A stretch of 64,000 nt of DNA, taken from Mobula hypostoma. Taxonomy: Eukaryota. The stretch spans positions 7,812,001 to 7,876,000 of the forward strand of contig NC_086097.1 of the NCBI RefSeq assembly GCF_963921235.1. The letters run 5' to 3'. Shown here one piece after another: positions 11,790 to 25,484 of this stretch. Numbering within the stretch: the stretch's first letter is position 1; the number at the start of each line of letters is the position of its first letter. The position numbers were made by a program, and so were the translations under genes. A model generated the notes under the pieces. It ran no database searches. It was given only the letters and a program-made list of their open reading frames with translations, and had not been told where the DNA came from.

Positions 11790-14700
11790 CAGTGGCCACT
11801 GAGTGTAAGTTCATCTTCTGTTGCTGTAGTCCACCAAGTTCAAGTTTCGCTATGTTGTACATTCAGAGATGCTCTTCTGCCCACCACTGTTCTAACATGT
11901 GTTTACTTGAGTTAATGTCACCTTTCTGCCAGCTTGAACCAGCCTGGTCATTCGTCTCTGACTTCCCTCGTTAATAAAGCATTTTTACCCACAGAACTGC
12001 TGCTCACTGGAAGTTTTTTTTTGTTTCTCACACCATCCTCTGTAAACTCTAGAGACTGCTGTGTGTGAAAATCCTAGGAGATCAGCATTTTCTGAGAGAT
12101 GCAAATCATCCCATCTGACACTAACAACTCTTTCACAAAGTCACTTAGATCATATTTATTCTCCATCCTGATGTCTGGTCTGAACAACAACTGAACCTCT
12201 TGTCCATTGCCTGCATGTTTTTTATGCATTGAGTTGTTGCCATAAATTTACAAGGATGTTGCCAGGTATGGAGGACCTGAGTTAAAAGGAAAGTTTCAAT
12301 AGGTTAGGACTGTATTCTTCAGAACATAAAATATTGAGAGAAGAATTGATAGCGGAAAACAAAATTGTGAGGGGGATAGATAGGGTAAATGCAAGCAGGC
12401 TTTTTCCATAAGACCATAAGACGTAGGAGCAGGAGTAGGCCATTTGGCCCATTGAGTCTGCTTCATCATTTTTAATCGTGGCTGATCCTTTTCTTTCTCC
12501 TCCTCAACCCCATTTCCTGGCCTTCTCCCCGTAACCTTTCATGCCATGTCCAATCAAGAACCTTTCAATCTCTGCCTTAAATACACTTAATGACCTGGCC
12601 TCCACAGCTGCATGTGGTAACAAATTCCACAATTTCACCACCCTCTGGTTAAAGAAATTTCTCCACATCTCTATTGTGAATGGACGCCCTCTATCCTGAG
12701 ACTGTGCCCTCTTGTCCTAGACTCTCCTACCATGGGAAACATTCTTTTCACATCTACTTTGTCTAGGCCTTTCAACATTCAAAAGGTTTCAATGAGATCC
12801 CCCTTCAGCCTTCTAAATTCTGGTGAGTAAAGATCCAGAGCCATCAAACGTTCCTCATAGGATAACCCCTTCATTCCTGGAATCATCCTTGTGAACTTCC
12901 TCTGGACCCTCTCCAATGCCAGCACATCTCCTCTAAGATGAGGAGCCCAAAACTTTTCACAATACTCAAGGTGAGACCTCACCAGTGCCTTATAAAGCGT
13001 CAGCATCACATCCCTGCTCTTGTATTCTAGACCCCTTGAAATGAATGCTAACATTGCATTTGCCTTCCTCGCCACTGACTCAGCCTACAAGTTAACTTTT
13101 AGGGTGTTGTGCACAAAGACTCCCAAGTCCCTTTGCATCTCAGATTTTTGGATTTTTTTTTCCAATTCAGAAAATAGTCCACACATTTATTTCTACTATC
13201 AAAGTGCATGACCATGCATTTTTCAACATTATATTTCATTTGCCACTCTCGCGCCCATTCTGCTAATCTGTCTAAGTCCTTCTGCATCCTACTAGTTTCC
13301 TCAACACTACCGGCCCCTCCACCAATCTTTGGATCATCTGCAAACTTGGCAACAGAACCATCTATTCCATCATTTATATACAGCATAAAAAGAATGGTCC
13401 CAACACCAACCCCTGTGGAACACCACTAGTCACTGGCAGCCAGCCAGAAAAGGATCCCTTCATTTCCACTCACTGCTTCTTACCAATCAGCCAATGCTCT
13501 AACCATTTTTATAACTTTCCTGTAATACTGCAGGCTCTTAACTTGGTAAGCCACTTCATGTGTGACACCTTGTCAAAGGCCTTCTGAAGGTCCAAATATA
13601 CAACATCCACTGCATCCCTTTATCTATCCTACTTGTAATCTCCCCAAAGCATTCCAACGGGCTCATCAGGCAGGATTTTCCTTGAAGGAAACCATGCTGA
13701 CTTTGTCCTGTCTTGTCCTGTGTCACCAAGTACTTCATCACATCATCCTTAACAATTGACTCTAATATATTCCTAACCACTGTGGTCAGGCTAACTGGTC
13801 TATAATCTCTTTTCTGCTGTCTCCCTCCTTTCTTAAGGAGTGGAGTAACATTTGCAATTTTCCAGTCCTCTGGCACCATGCCAGAGTCCAATGACTTTTG
13901 AAAGATCATTTCTAATGCCACCACAATCTGTAACACTGCCTCTTTCAGAACCCTAGGGTGCAGTTCATTTGATCCAGGTGATTTATGTACTTTTACGTCT
14001 TTCAGCTTTTTGAGTACTTTCTCCCTTGTAACAGTAACTGCACCCACTTCTCTTCCTTCACACTACATCTGGCACACTGCTAGTGTCTTCCACAGTGAAG
14101 ACTGATGCAAAATACTCATTTAGTTCATCTGCCATCTCCTTGTCCACCGTTAATATTTCTCCTGCCTCATTTTCTAGCAGTCCTATATCTACTTTCATCT
14201 CTCTTTTATTTTTTACACATGAAAAAACTTTTACTATCCACCTTGATATTATTTTCTAGCTTGCTTTTGTAGTTCATCCTTCTCTTCTAATGATAATTTT
14301 AATTAGTCTCTGTAGATTTTTAAAATCCTCTATCCAATCTTCTATCATCCCACTAATTTTTATTTTGATGTATGCCCTCTCTTTTGTTTTTACGTTAGCT
14401 TTGAATTCCCTTCAGCTATGGTTTTACTATTATGCCATTTGAGTATTTCTTCATTTTGGAATACACGTGTCTTGAACCTTCCTGATTTTTCCCAGAAACA
14501 TACAACATTGCTGCTCTGCTGACATCCCTGCCAGCAGCTCCTTCCAATTTACTTTGTTCAACTCCTCTCTTACTACTGTAATTTCCCATACTCCACTGAA
14601 ATACTGCTGCATCAGACGTTACTTTCTCCCTATCAAATTTCAAGTTGAACTCAATCATATTGTGATCACTGGCTCCTAAGGGTTCTTTTACCTTAAGCTC

Positions 14701-15668
14701 CATAATCACCTCCGGTTCATTACATAACACCCAATCCGGTATAGGTGATCCCCTATTAGGTTCAGTGACAAACTGCTCTAAAAAGCCATCTCTTAGGCAT
14801 TCAACAAACTCATTCTGTTGAGATCCATTACCAACTTGATTTTCCCAATCGACCTGCATGTTAAAATCTCCCATGACTAGCATAACATTGCCCTTTTAAC
14901 ACGCTTTTTCAATTTCCACAGAGTCTGGATTCAACTACAACCAGAAGACATGGCTTAAGAGTGAAAGATGAGAAGTTAAAGGGGAACATGAGGGGGAACT
15001 TCTTCACTCAGAGAGTCGTGAGAGTGTGAAATGAGCTGCCAGCACAAGTGGTCCATGCGACCTCAATTTGAATGCTTAAGAGAAGTTTGGATACCGACAT
15101 GGATAGCAGGGCTATAGAGGGCTATGGTCGATGTGCGGGTCGATGGGAGTAGACAGGTTAAGCGGTTCGGCCTGGACTAGATCAGAATCAGGTTTATTAT
15201 CACCGGCATGTGACGTGAAATTTGTTAACTTAGCAGCAGCAGTTCAATATAATACATAATCTAGCAGAGTGAAAAAAATAATAAAATAAAAATATTATTA
15301 ATAAACAAGTAAATCAATTACATATATTGAATAGATTTAAAAAACATGCAGAAACAGAAATATTATATATTTTTTAAAAAGTGAGGTATTGTCCAAAGAT
15401 TCAATGTCCATTTAGGAATCAGATGACAGAGGGGAAGAAGCTGTTCCTGAATCGCTGAGTGTGTGCCTTCAGGCTTCTGTACCTCCTACCTGATGGTAAC
15501 AGTGAGAAAAGGACATGCCCTGGGTGCTGGAGGTCCTTAATAATTGACGCTGCCTTTCTGAGACACCGAAGGGCCTGTTTCTGTGCTGTGTTTCTCTACA
15601 GCTGGCTGATTAAATATTTGTATTAACAAACAGATGTACAGGTGTACCTAATGAAGTGGCCACTCAGT
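11790..15668. mobile_element. Tc1-type non-autonomous element (11790-12243 + 15600-15668) hosting nested CR1 and Rex1 insertions
   Basis: Ends agtggccact.. / ..ggtgtacctaatgaagtggccactcagtata. The text breaks at gagttgttgcca and resumes at gctggctgatt. Confidence 0.6.
12411..14918 (-). mobile_element. CR1 LINE, 5'-truncated, disrupted ORF2 (APE + RT)
   Basis: GDFN...SDHN (APE); YRPVSLT, QHGF, KFADD (RT); LVRSHLEYC; (cttatggt)n tail. Confidence 0.93.
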
Positions 15669-16979
15669 ATATGCTAATGATAATATAATTAGAACTGTTA
15701 TTTAAGCAATGCTTGTTCAGTCACTCGAGCTTTTGATTTTGTTATAAAGTTGATTTGATTGCTATGTGTACAAGTACAATGAGGTCAAGTAGCAGGAAAA
15801 GTTTGCTTGAAGTCATGTCACAGTTTCATCGGTTCAAGCAGCACACAGAAGATTCAAATCAAAGTTCAAAGTACATTTACTATCCGAGATGTACACAATA
15901 TTCAACTTGGAGTTTCATCATCTTGCGGGCAGCCACAAATCAGAGAAACATAAAAGAATCTGTTCACAGAAAAAGCCCACACAACAAGCCCATCAAACAC
16001 CCAAAGTGCAAAAGAAAAGGAACAATGCATGCAAACAATAGACGTAACAAGCAACATTAACTGCAGAGTCCCCAAAAGTGAGTCCTCAGTGCTGAGTCAG
16101 TGGCCGCAGATTTAATTTAGCACTGGAGCACCCTGATTAAATCACACATAATGTGAAAAAAAGTAGTGAACAAAAAAATACAAGAAACATGAACTTCAGA
16201 GTCCTGGAAGTGAATTCCCAACTGTGGAGTGCATTCAGTGCTGAGACAAGGCCACCCAGAAGTCAAGGACCCAAGGCTCTCGTACCTTCCACCCACAGTG
16301 AGACATACTGGTCAAATGCAGGCAAACAGCACTGAATGCTTGTTCGTTTTCCACTCTCGTCCAAAGATCTTAATCTTGTGATGCTTTAATCTGTGTGGTG
16401 TAATGGAGCCAATTATGTGCTCAGTTTCTGCCTTTACGAACCGACTCAGCATTTCATCCACACCAAAACCTCCAGGAGATCAGACAGGTGTCACATCATT
16501 CAGTCAGTCCCTCCCCAAAAAATCTTAAAAGTGAAATTACTCACAGTTCAGAAGAAGTATATTTAACAGAAGAGTATCCAGTAGTTTTGTAATTTGTCTG
16601 AAAAGTGCACCATTGGTCACTGGCACCATCTTGCCAGATATACGCTGATAAACGTATGCTGATGCATTACGAATAAATTACACATAAATTATATACTTCA
16701 AGTTGTCAATAATTTCACAAGTACTGAGAAGGGGCAAGAAGGAAGGGAATCATCACTGTTGACTCTGTCAAGTATGAATTCCTTGATCACAATGACACTA
16801 AAGGTGATGGTGCTTGGTGGAAGTTAGCATGGTGTCATGACATGATGTCACCATCCAGGAAGTCCAATCAGAATTGCCAACACTGCTGGGGAGTATCAAC
16901 CAGTGGGCCAGACCATTGCACACTATCTGGAGTAATAGTTATTGTTCACAATTCAAACTCCCCATCCCTAACCACCAAA

Positions 16980-17516
16980 GTTCAAAAGTTCAAAGTTTAA
17001 AGTAAATTTGTAATCAAAGTACATATATGTTAACATATACAACCTGAGATACATTTTCTTGTGGGCATTCATAGTAAATACAAAGAAACACAACAGAATC
17101 AATGAAAAACTGCAGAGAACAAGCTGGTCAAACAACCAATGTGCAAAAGACAACAAATTGTGCAAATACAAGAAGAAAAAAAATCAATAAATAGAGAACA
17201 TGAAATGAAGAGTCTTTGAAAGCAAGTCCCTAGGTTATGGGAACAATTCAGTGTTTGGTGAGTGAAGTTATCCCCTCTGGTTCAAGAGCCTAATGGTTGA
17301 GAGGTAAGAACTGTACCTGAACCTGGTGGTGAGAGTCCTGAGGTTCTTGTACCTTCTTCCTGATGGCAACAGCAAAAGGAGACGATGGCCTGTATAGTGG
17401 GGGCCCTTGATGATGGACACTGCTTTCCGGTGACAGTGCTCCATGTAGATGTGCTCAGTGGTGGGGAGGCTTTACCTGTGATGGGCTGGGCTGTATCCAC
17501 TACCTTTTTGTAGGCT
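16980..17516 (-). mobile_element. Rex1/Babar-type LINE 3' fragment
   Basis: KVVDTAQPITGKA peptide; (tgaactt)n tail. Confidence 0.7.
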
Positions 17517-17765
17517 CTATTGTTTATCGGGTCCAGACTTCGATCGAAAACTAAATGTTCAGGTGGGCCCCATTTCCCCTTCAGCATGTTGGGAGACTCA
17601 CCATGTTGATTTGAAGTAATTATACAAAGAAGTCAGAAAATCAGGAATTTCTGAAATGACCATGAAGTGCCATGTTTTAATTAATGCCCATAATTTTTTT
17701 CTGAAAATATTGAAGTATAGAAATTACCGGGTGGAAGGAGTGTGGTCTGTTGATAACAAAGACTG

Positions 17766-17962
17766 GGGCACCACAGTAGCATGGTAGTTAGTACAAAACT
17801 ATTACAGCTCAGGTGTTGATATTCAGAGATTAATTCTACTGTAAGGAGTTTGTATTTTTTCACTACAGCTACATGGGATTTCTTCGAGTGCTCCAATTTC
17901 CACCCACAGTCCAAAGATCTACCATTTGGTAGACTAATTGGCCATTGAAAATTGTTCTGTGA
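17766..17962 (+). mobile_element. tRNA-derived SINE (V-SINE/HE1-like)
   Basis: Head ggcaccacagtagcatggtagttag; core tgctccaatttccacccacagtccaaaga. Confidence 0.7.
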
Positions 17963-18237
17963 TTACTTACTGCCTGTTACGCCGCTGGAATTTAGGGTAG
18001 CTATGAAGGTCTGCCATCTCTGTCTGTAAAAGAAGGATTCTTCATTGCTGTTTCTGTAGCAATTGTTTTTTGACCAGTCAGGGTTGATAGCCCTGAGTGG
18101 AACAGGCAAACCTGGAGGAATCCTGGATCACTCTTCGGATGGCCTGCTTGGCACGGGTGGACAGAACAAGAGCAAAAGTACAAGGCCCTGACTCCAGCCA
18201 ACATAGCTTTCCAGGTCATTGCGGCATGCAAGCCTCA

Positions 18238-18787
18238 TAAAACCATAAGGTATAGAAGCAGAATTAGGCCATTTGGCCCATCGAGCTTGCTGCACCATTT
18301 CATTTTGGCTGATCAAATTTTCTTCTCAGCCCCAAACACGTACCTTCTTCCTGTATCCCTTCATGCCATAACCAATAAAGAATCTATCAACTTCTGCGCT
18401 GAATATACATAAAGACTTGGCCTCCACAGCTGCCTGTGGCAAAGAATTCCATAGATTCACCACTCCATGGCTAAAGAAATTCCTCCTAATCTTGGTTCAA
18501 AAAGGACACCACTCTATACTGAGGCTGTGTCCTCTGGTCTTAGACTCACCCACCATAGGAAACATTCTCTCCTCATCCATTTTATCAAGGCCTTTCACCA
18601 TTCAATAGGTTTCAATGAAGTCACCTCCTCATTCTTCTAAGTTCCAGTAAATACAACCCCAGAGCCATTAAATACTTTTCGTATGACAAGCCATTCAATT
18701 CTGGAATCATTTTCATGAATCTCCTTTGAACCCTCTCCAGTTTCAGTGCATCCTTTCTAAGATAGGGGCCCAAAACTGCTCACAATA
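18238..18787 (-). mobile_element. CR1 3' fragment
   Basis: Reverse complement of the CR1 RT C-terminus and 3'UTR. Confidence 0.85.
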
Positions 18788-19233
18788 AATGATTCCAGCA
18801 ATGAAGTGCTTATTGTATGAGGAGTGATTGATGGCTCTGGCCCTTTACTCGCTGGAATTTAGAACAATCGGGGGGGATGTCATGTTGAAAGGCTGGATAG
18901 AGTGGATGTGGAGAGGTTGCTTCATATGATGGGGAAGTCTAGGACCAGAGGAAGCAATCTCAGAATACAGGGACATCAATTTAGTGCAGAGGTGAGAAGG
19001 GATTTCTTTAGGCAGGGGATAGTGTATCTGTGGAATTTGCTGCCACAGGTGTTTGTGAAGGCCATGTTACTGTGTGATATAAGACGGAGCTCAATAGGTT
19101 CTTCATTAGTCAGGGTGTGAAGGGTTACAGGGCGAAGCAGGAGAATGGGGTGAAGAGGGAAATGGATTGGCTATGAAGAAATGGCAAAACCAAACAGCCT
19201 AATTCTGCTCTTGTGTCTTATGGTCTTTTGGTC
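18788..19233 (+). mobile_element. CR1 3' fragment, opposite orientation, abutting the previous one
   Basis: SRTRGSNLRI..RRDFF..LWNLLPQ; tail cttatggtcttttggtct. Confidence 0.85.
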
Positions 19234-19313
19234 TAATAGCTTTAGAATCCAGAGTGCTCCTTGAAGACAATGACATTGACAAGTTTTCACTGTTACACTG
19301 CAGGGTAACTAAC

Positions 19314-19424
19314 CTTTCTCCACGTTAACGGTTTTGTTAAAAGAACGGACAGCAATTCAGCTGTTTGTTTTTCATTGTTAGTTTGGAATTCGATGAGCAA
19401 TCTCCTTTAGTATCTAGAACACAT
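19314..19424 (-). other. Candidate spliced exon
   Basis: gtatttttcAG acceptor; AAG|GTTAGT donor; mostly open RLLIEFQTNNEKQTAELLSVLLTKPLTWRK. Confidence 0.35.
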
Positions 19425-20639
19425 CTGAAAAATACACTGAGCACATAAACTGATGCTGTGATAGCTTTACGACCTTAAAGGATATACATGAATTTGTGAC
19501 ATTTGGATGTTAAAATTCTCTGGCATTACTCTGAAGAAGACTGAGGATCTCCAGCAAAGATCTTCTTCAATCAACATCATTAAAATCAGACCGTAACACC
19601 ATGAGGCATGGGAGCAGAATTAGACCAATTGGCGCATTGATTCTGCTCCACCATTGCATTATGGCTGATTATTATCCCTCCTGACCCTATTCTTCTGGCT
19701 CCTCAATGACTTGGCCTCCACCGGCATCTGTGGCAATGAGTTCCACTGACTCACCACTCTCTGGATAAAGAAATTCCTCCTTATCTCTATTCTAAATGGA
19801 TGTCCTCTATTCTGAGGCTGTGCTCACTGGTCCTAGAACCTGCCCCCTGCCCCCCCATTATTGGAAAGACCTTCTCAATATCCACTCTATCTAGGCCTTT
19901 CAGTGTTCAATAGGTTTCAATGAAAACCTCCCTCTGTTCTAAACTCCAATGAGTACAGGCCCTGAGCCATCCAGTGCTCTTCTGGTAATTATCTGGCTAA
20001 TTATCAATTCACTGTTTGTTGAAGCTTGCTGAGGATGAACTATCTGGAGTTCTCACATTGTACTTTGAAAGTATTTCCTTCATACAGGGAAGACACCTTA
20101 CAAATCCGAGCTTATCATTTAAAATCTATTAATGCAACGTTGTTGATAGTGATTTTTCAGAAATTAGGTATTTTTAGTCTGACACAAATCTTGATTATGA
20201 ACTCACAGCCATTTTTAAAAAAATTTAAGCCTCCTTTCTGTGCTCTCCTCAACATCCCTGCACCCATCTAAAACTACTAATCAATTCACGGAATTGGCCC
20301 GAATCCAGAGAGAGCAAACTGGAACTTTCAATCCCATGGCAGGAAACCACAAAATTCTTGTCTGAAAAATATACAAAGCAACAATTGTAGTTTCATTTCA
20401 TAATGATTGTCACCTATGAAAAAGACAACAGCACACATCATTAAAAGAAACAGCTTATCTGATGATGATGGAATTCACATGGAATTTTAAATGTCCTTTA
20501 ATAACCCTCCCATACCTACCCATTACTATAGGCACAGAAAGAAGGCAGAAAAGGGCCAGTCATACCTTGAAGGATCCCATCTACCCTGATCATGGACCCC
20601 TATCAGGGAGGTGGCTACGTAACATTCACACAGGGACCA

Positions 20640-21535
20640 AAGTTCAAAGTTCAGAGTAAAATTTATGATCAGAGTACATAGATGTCACCACATACAATCC
20701 TGAGATTCTTTCTCTGTGAGCATACTTAGCAAATCTATAGAACAGTAACTATAAACATCAGGAACTGTAAACTATAAACAAACTGTGCAGATGTGGATAT
20801 AAATAAATAGCAATAAATAAAGAGCATGAAATAACAATACAAAAGAGCCCTTAAATGAGCGTAGCTATCCCCTTTTGTTCAAGAGCCTGATGGCTGAGAG
20901 GTAGTAACTGTTCTTGAACCTGAGGCACCTGTACCTTTTACCTGATGGCAGCAGAGAGAAAAGAACATGGCCTGGGTGGTGAGGTTCCTGACCGTTGATG
21001 CTACTTTCCTGCGACAATGCTCAATGTAGAAGTGCTCAGTGATGGGGAGGACTTTACCTGTGATGGACTGGACTGAATCCACTACGTTTTTTAGGATTTT
21101 CTGTTCAAGGACATTGGTATTTCCATACCAGGCTGTGATGCGGCCTGTCAATATATGCTCCACCACACATCTATAGAGGATTGACGAAGTTTTAGATGTC
21201 ATGCTGAATCTACACAAACTCCCAAGGAAGTAGAGGTACTGCCGTGCCTTCTTTGTGATTGTCCTGATGTGCTGGCCCAGGAGAGGTCCTCCGAAATGTT
21301 AACTCTGAGGAAATTAAAATTGCACACCCTCTCCACTTCTGATCCCCTAATGAGGAACCTTTGGTTTCCTCCTCCTGAAGTCAATAATCAGTTTGTTAGT
21401 CTTGCTGACATTGATTCGTTTTGGCACCACTCAGCCAGATTTTCAATCTCCCTCCTAAATACAGATTCATCGTCACCCTTGATTCAGTTATGACAGTGGT
21501 GTCATCAGCAAACTTTAATATGGCGTTGGAACAGT
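20640..21535 (-). mobile_element. Rex1/Babar LINE RT C-terminal fragment
   Basis: FNFLRVNISEDLSW; YRCVVEHILTGRITAWYGN. Confidence 0.8.
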
Positions 21536-23884
21536 ACCACTACGTTGTCATTTCCAGTTAGAGTCAACTTATGTACAGACACTCCTGTGCCTAGTGTCAC
21601 TTTATGGACATAAAATCAATCTATATATGTAAGCTATCTTATACATTTATTGCAATTTTTAATTGTGTTCTTTATCGTATTGCATTTTTTGTGCTGCATT
21701 GGATGCAGAGTAACAATTATTTCGTTCTACTTTACACTTGAGTACTCTAAATAACTTTAAACAATCTTGAATGTTTTTGTAGCTATCCTACCAGGTGTCT
21801 ACTTGTCTTCTCAATAATCACATTCTAGGACTTCCTGTCCAATCTTGAAGCTCCTTGCTGATTCACTTGGCAACTGGCTGAACTGATTACTCTTCACTTC
21901 CCTCCGGAGGTCTGCTTTCAGGAGGTCTACGCGGGATCTCAAATTCGTGCTCATAAACAGCTTTTCAGGGGTTTGATTTCCCTGTTCATTATATGAACAG
22001 AGTTTTGATACATAAAAAGGAAGTTGTCCACCTTGTGCTGGAGAAAAATGTCCTCCTTGTCCATTGCTTTAATGGACGTCTTGGTTTGGATAAACCTTTC
22101 AGCTAACCTACTCGTTGCTGGGTACTGAGGAGCTGCCTTGAAATGTCTGATGACAATTTTCTTCATGAACAGTCAGAATTCGTCTGACGGTAGTCCGTTG
22201 TCACTCACAATTTGTTCTGGTAAGCTGTTTCTGGCGATGATAATCCTCAGAGCGGAGACAGTCTTTGCTAAGGTGGTTGACTTCATTGGTGTAACCTTTG
22301 GCCACTTCGAATGAGCATCCACACCAATCAGGAACATGGAGTCCATGAATGGCCCAGCAAAGTCAATATGTACTCTTTGCCATGGTGATGATGTCCGTTC
22401 CCACAGGTGTAATGGTGCCTTTGGGGTGCGTTTTGAACTTTTTTGCATCCCGAACAGTTTTTGGGCGAGTCTTCAATCTGTTAATCTATTTCCGGCCACC
22501 ACACATAGCACCGGGTGAGACTCTTCATCTTGACTGTACCCAGATGTCCTTCATGCAGGTTTTCTAAGAAGCTGGTGCACAGTTTAGAGGGAACCACAAC
22601 ACAAGAGCCACACATCAGCATTCTTTGACATACCGACAGTTGTTCTCATCTCACTAAGAACTCTGGAAACATGGGGTTACCATGAGCTGGCCATCCTTGC
22701 ATGGTGATTTCATAGACTTTTAACAATGTTGGGTCATTCCTTGTTTCCTTTGTATTTTGGAATTTGTTACCGGCAATTGGTCCGTTAATGTGGTGTGGAA
22801 ACTTCTGCTGCGTCACAGTATGAAGACTTTTCTTCCTCAGTTGCCAGTAGTGGAAGATGTGACAAGTTATTGTCACTGCTGTGTTGTTTGGTACTCTTGA
22901 ACTCTATGTCATAAGAGTAGGCTCCTAGGAGCAGTGCCCAATGTTGTAACTGAGTAGTAGTCATTCCTGGAATTCCCTTCCTAGGATTGAAAATTGACAC
23001 AATGGGCTGGTGATCTATCACTAGCGTAGACTCTTGTCCGTAAAGGTAGTGGAGGAACTTCTTTATTCCCCATTCTAGACCAAGGGCCTTTCAGTAGATT
23101 CTGCGCTCATCGGTGATCTTGAAGAAAGTGCAATCAGGCTTTCAGATCCATCTTTCATAATTCGTGACAAAACTGCTCCAATGCCATAAGGGTGTGCATT
23201 GCATGCCAGTCTGATGGTCAGGGGCATGTCATAAAGAGTAAGCAGTTAATCAGATGTTACTAGTTTCTTTGTTTCCTTGAATGATTATTGCATCTTTCTA
23301 TCATTTGCACTTTGCTGCAGCACTGTTGCAATGTTTGGGAGAAACCTGTGGTACTCGTTTACAAGGCCCAAGTATGACCTGAACTGTGACACAGTTTCTG
23401 GTTTGGGTGCCTGTAGCACTGCTTCAGTCTTCTCTTGTGACTTATGTAACCCATGCTTGTCAATCACGTGTCCACAATGTGAGATGTCATTCTTGAAAAG
23501 CTCACATTTCTCTCTCTCTGCACGCAGTCCATACTCACTCAGCCAAGGTTCTAGAGGTGCTCTTCATCATTTTTGCCAGCAATGGTGATGTCATCAAGGT
23601 TTAACATTGTGTTCCTGGGATATCTTGGAGTACTTGGTCCATTGCTCTTTGCCAAATTGCTGGAGCTAATGCTACACTAAAGATGAGCTGATTATACTGG
23701 TGAGTGTTGATTGTGAGGAACTTCATGCTTGGCTCCTCAATCTTCATTTGCAGATAGGCTTGTGACGGCAACCTTTGAAAACCTCTCTCTGCCTGCCAAA
23801 TATGCAAAAATGTCTTCTATTCATGGCAGGGGGTACTGCACTGTACACAGCATAGGGTTGATGCCTACATTGAAATCCCCACAC

Positions 23885-24775
23885 AGAAACATAGAAAACC
23901 TACAGCACAATACAGGCCCATAGGCCCACAAAGCTGTGCCGAACATTTCATTACCTTAGAAATTACCTAGGGTTACTCATAGCCCTCTATTTTTCTGAGC
24001 TCCATGTACCTATCCAGGAGTCTCTTAAAAGACTCTATCCTATCCGCCTCCATCACCGTCGCCGGCAGCCCATTCCATGCTCCCACCAGTCTCTGCGTAA
24101 AAAACTCACCCCTGACATCTCCTCTGTACCTACTTCTAAGCACCTTAAAACTATGCCCTCTCGTGTCAGCCATTTCAGCCCTGGGAAAAAAACCTCTGAC
24201 TATCCACATGATCAATGTCTCTCATCATCTTATACACCTCTATCAGGACATCTCTCATCTTCTGTCACTCCAAGGAAAAAAGACCAAGTTCAGTCAACCT
24301 ATTCTCATAAGGCATGCTCCCCAAACCAGGCAACATCCTTGTAAATCTCCTCTGCACCCTTTCTATAGTTTCCACATCCTTCTTGTAGTGAGGTGACCAG
24401 AACTGAGCACAGTACTCCAAGTGGGGTCTGACCAGGGTCCTATAGAGCTGCAACATTACCTGTCAGTTCCTAAACTTGATGTCCACGATTGATGAGGGCC
24501 AATGCACCATATGCTTTCTTAACCACTGAGTCAACCTGCGCAGTAGCTTTGAGTGTCCTATGGACTCAGACCCCAAGATCCCACTGATCCTCCACACTGC
24601 CAAAAGTCTTACCATTAATACTATATTCTGTCATCATATTTGACCTACCAAAATGAACCACCTCTGGGTTGAACTCCATCTGCCGCTTCTCAGCCCAGTT
24701 TTGCATCCTATCAATGTCCCGCTATAACCTCTGACAGCCCTCCACATTATCCATAACACCTCCAACCTTTGTGTC
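23885..24775 (-). mobile_element. CR1 3' fragment nested in the Gypsy RT
   Basis: [19 protein letters not shown]; (ttctatgt) tail; same subfamily as 43416-44080. Confidence 0.9.
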
Positions 24776-25062
24776 AACATATGCAAAAAGTTCTACTCTT
24801 CCCTTTTTTGATCACCGGTACAATGGCCATGGCCCAATCGCTCCACTCAATTTGGAGAGAATTCCAGATGCCTCTGCAGTTCTGCAGTTCAGCATCCACT
24901 TTAGGACGTAGTACGTAAGGCACTGGATGCGCTACATGAAATCTTGGTGTTGCTGTGTCATCCAGTTCAATTCTGGCCGACACGCCTTTCTGAGTTTGCC
25001 AATCCCTTTCTCAAACACCTTGTCATTAGCGTTAAGCAGCTGTGACAGTCTCTGGTTAGTGC

Positions 25063-25484
25063 CGTCACCCTGGTTCGGATATGGCCCAAGTGCGGAGTGA
25101 GAGACACTGAAGCAGGTCGATAGTTCACAGACTTTAATATGGAAAAGGGAAAATAAAACAATAAATGCTAGGCCAAACAGGGCCATTAACTAAAACTCTC
25201 AGAAGGAAAATGAAGCCTACACTGCGTCTGAAAAGAACGTCTAAACATTAAACAAATACCACTAGTCTTCAGAGTCAGTTGATTTTAAAAGTCCAATATC
25301 TCAGGGAAGACCGAATGCAAAACAGCAGCAAAGCATTGCTATGCTCTGTCCAAGTCTCGACAAGCACGACGACAACAAGAGTGGAGTTAAATAGCATCAC
25401 GAGTAAATAATAATTACCTGACACATGCAAATTCACAAGCACAATTGCCGTATCTACCGCGCGGCCGAATCCGTGGTTGTGACA
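25063..25484 (-). mobile_element. Solo LTR (422 bp) nested in Gypsy pol
   Basis: (C)GTCAC...GTGACA termini. 5-bp TSD AGTGC at 25058-25062 and 25485-25489. The Gypsy peptide NGST|NQRL rejoins across it. Confidence 0.85.
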
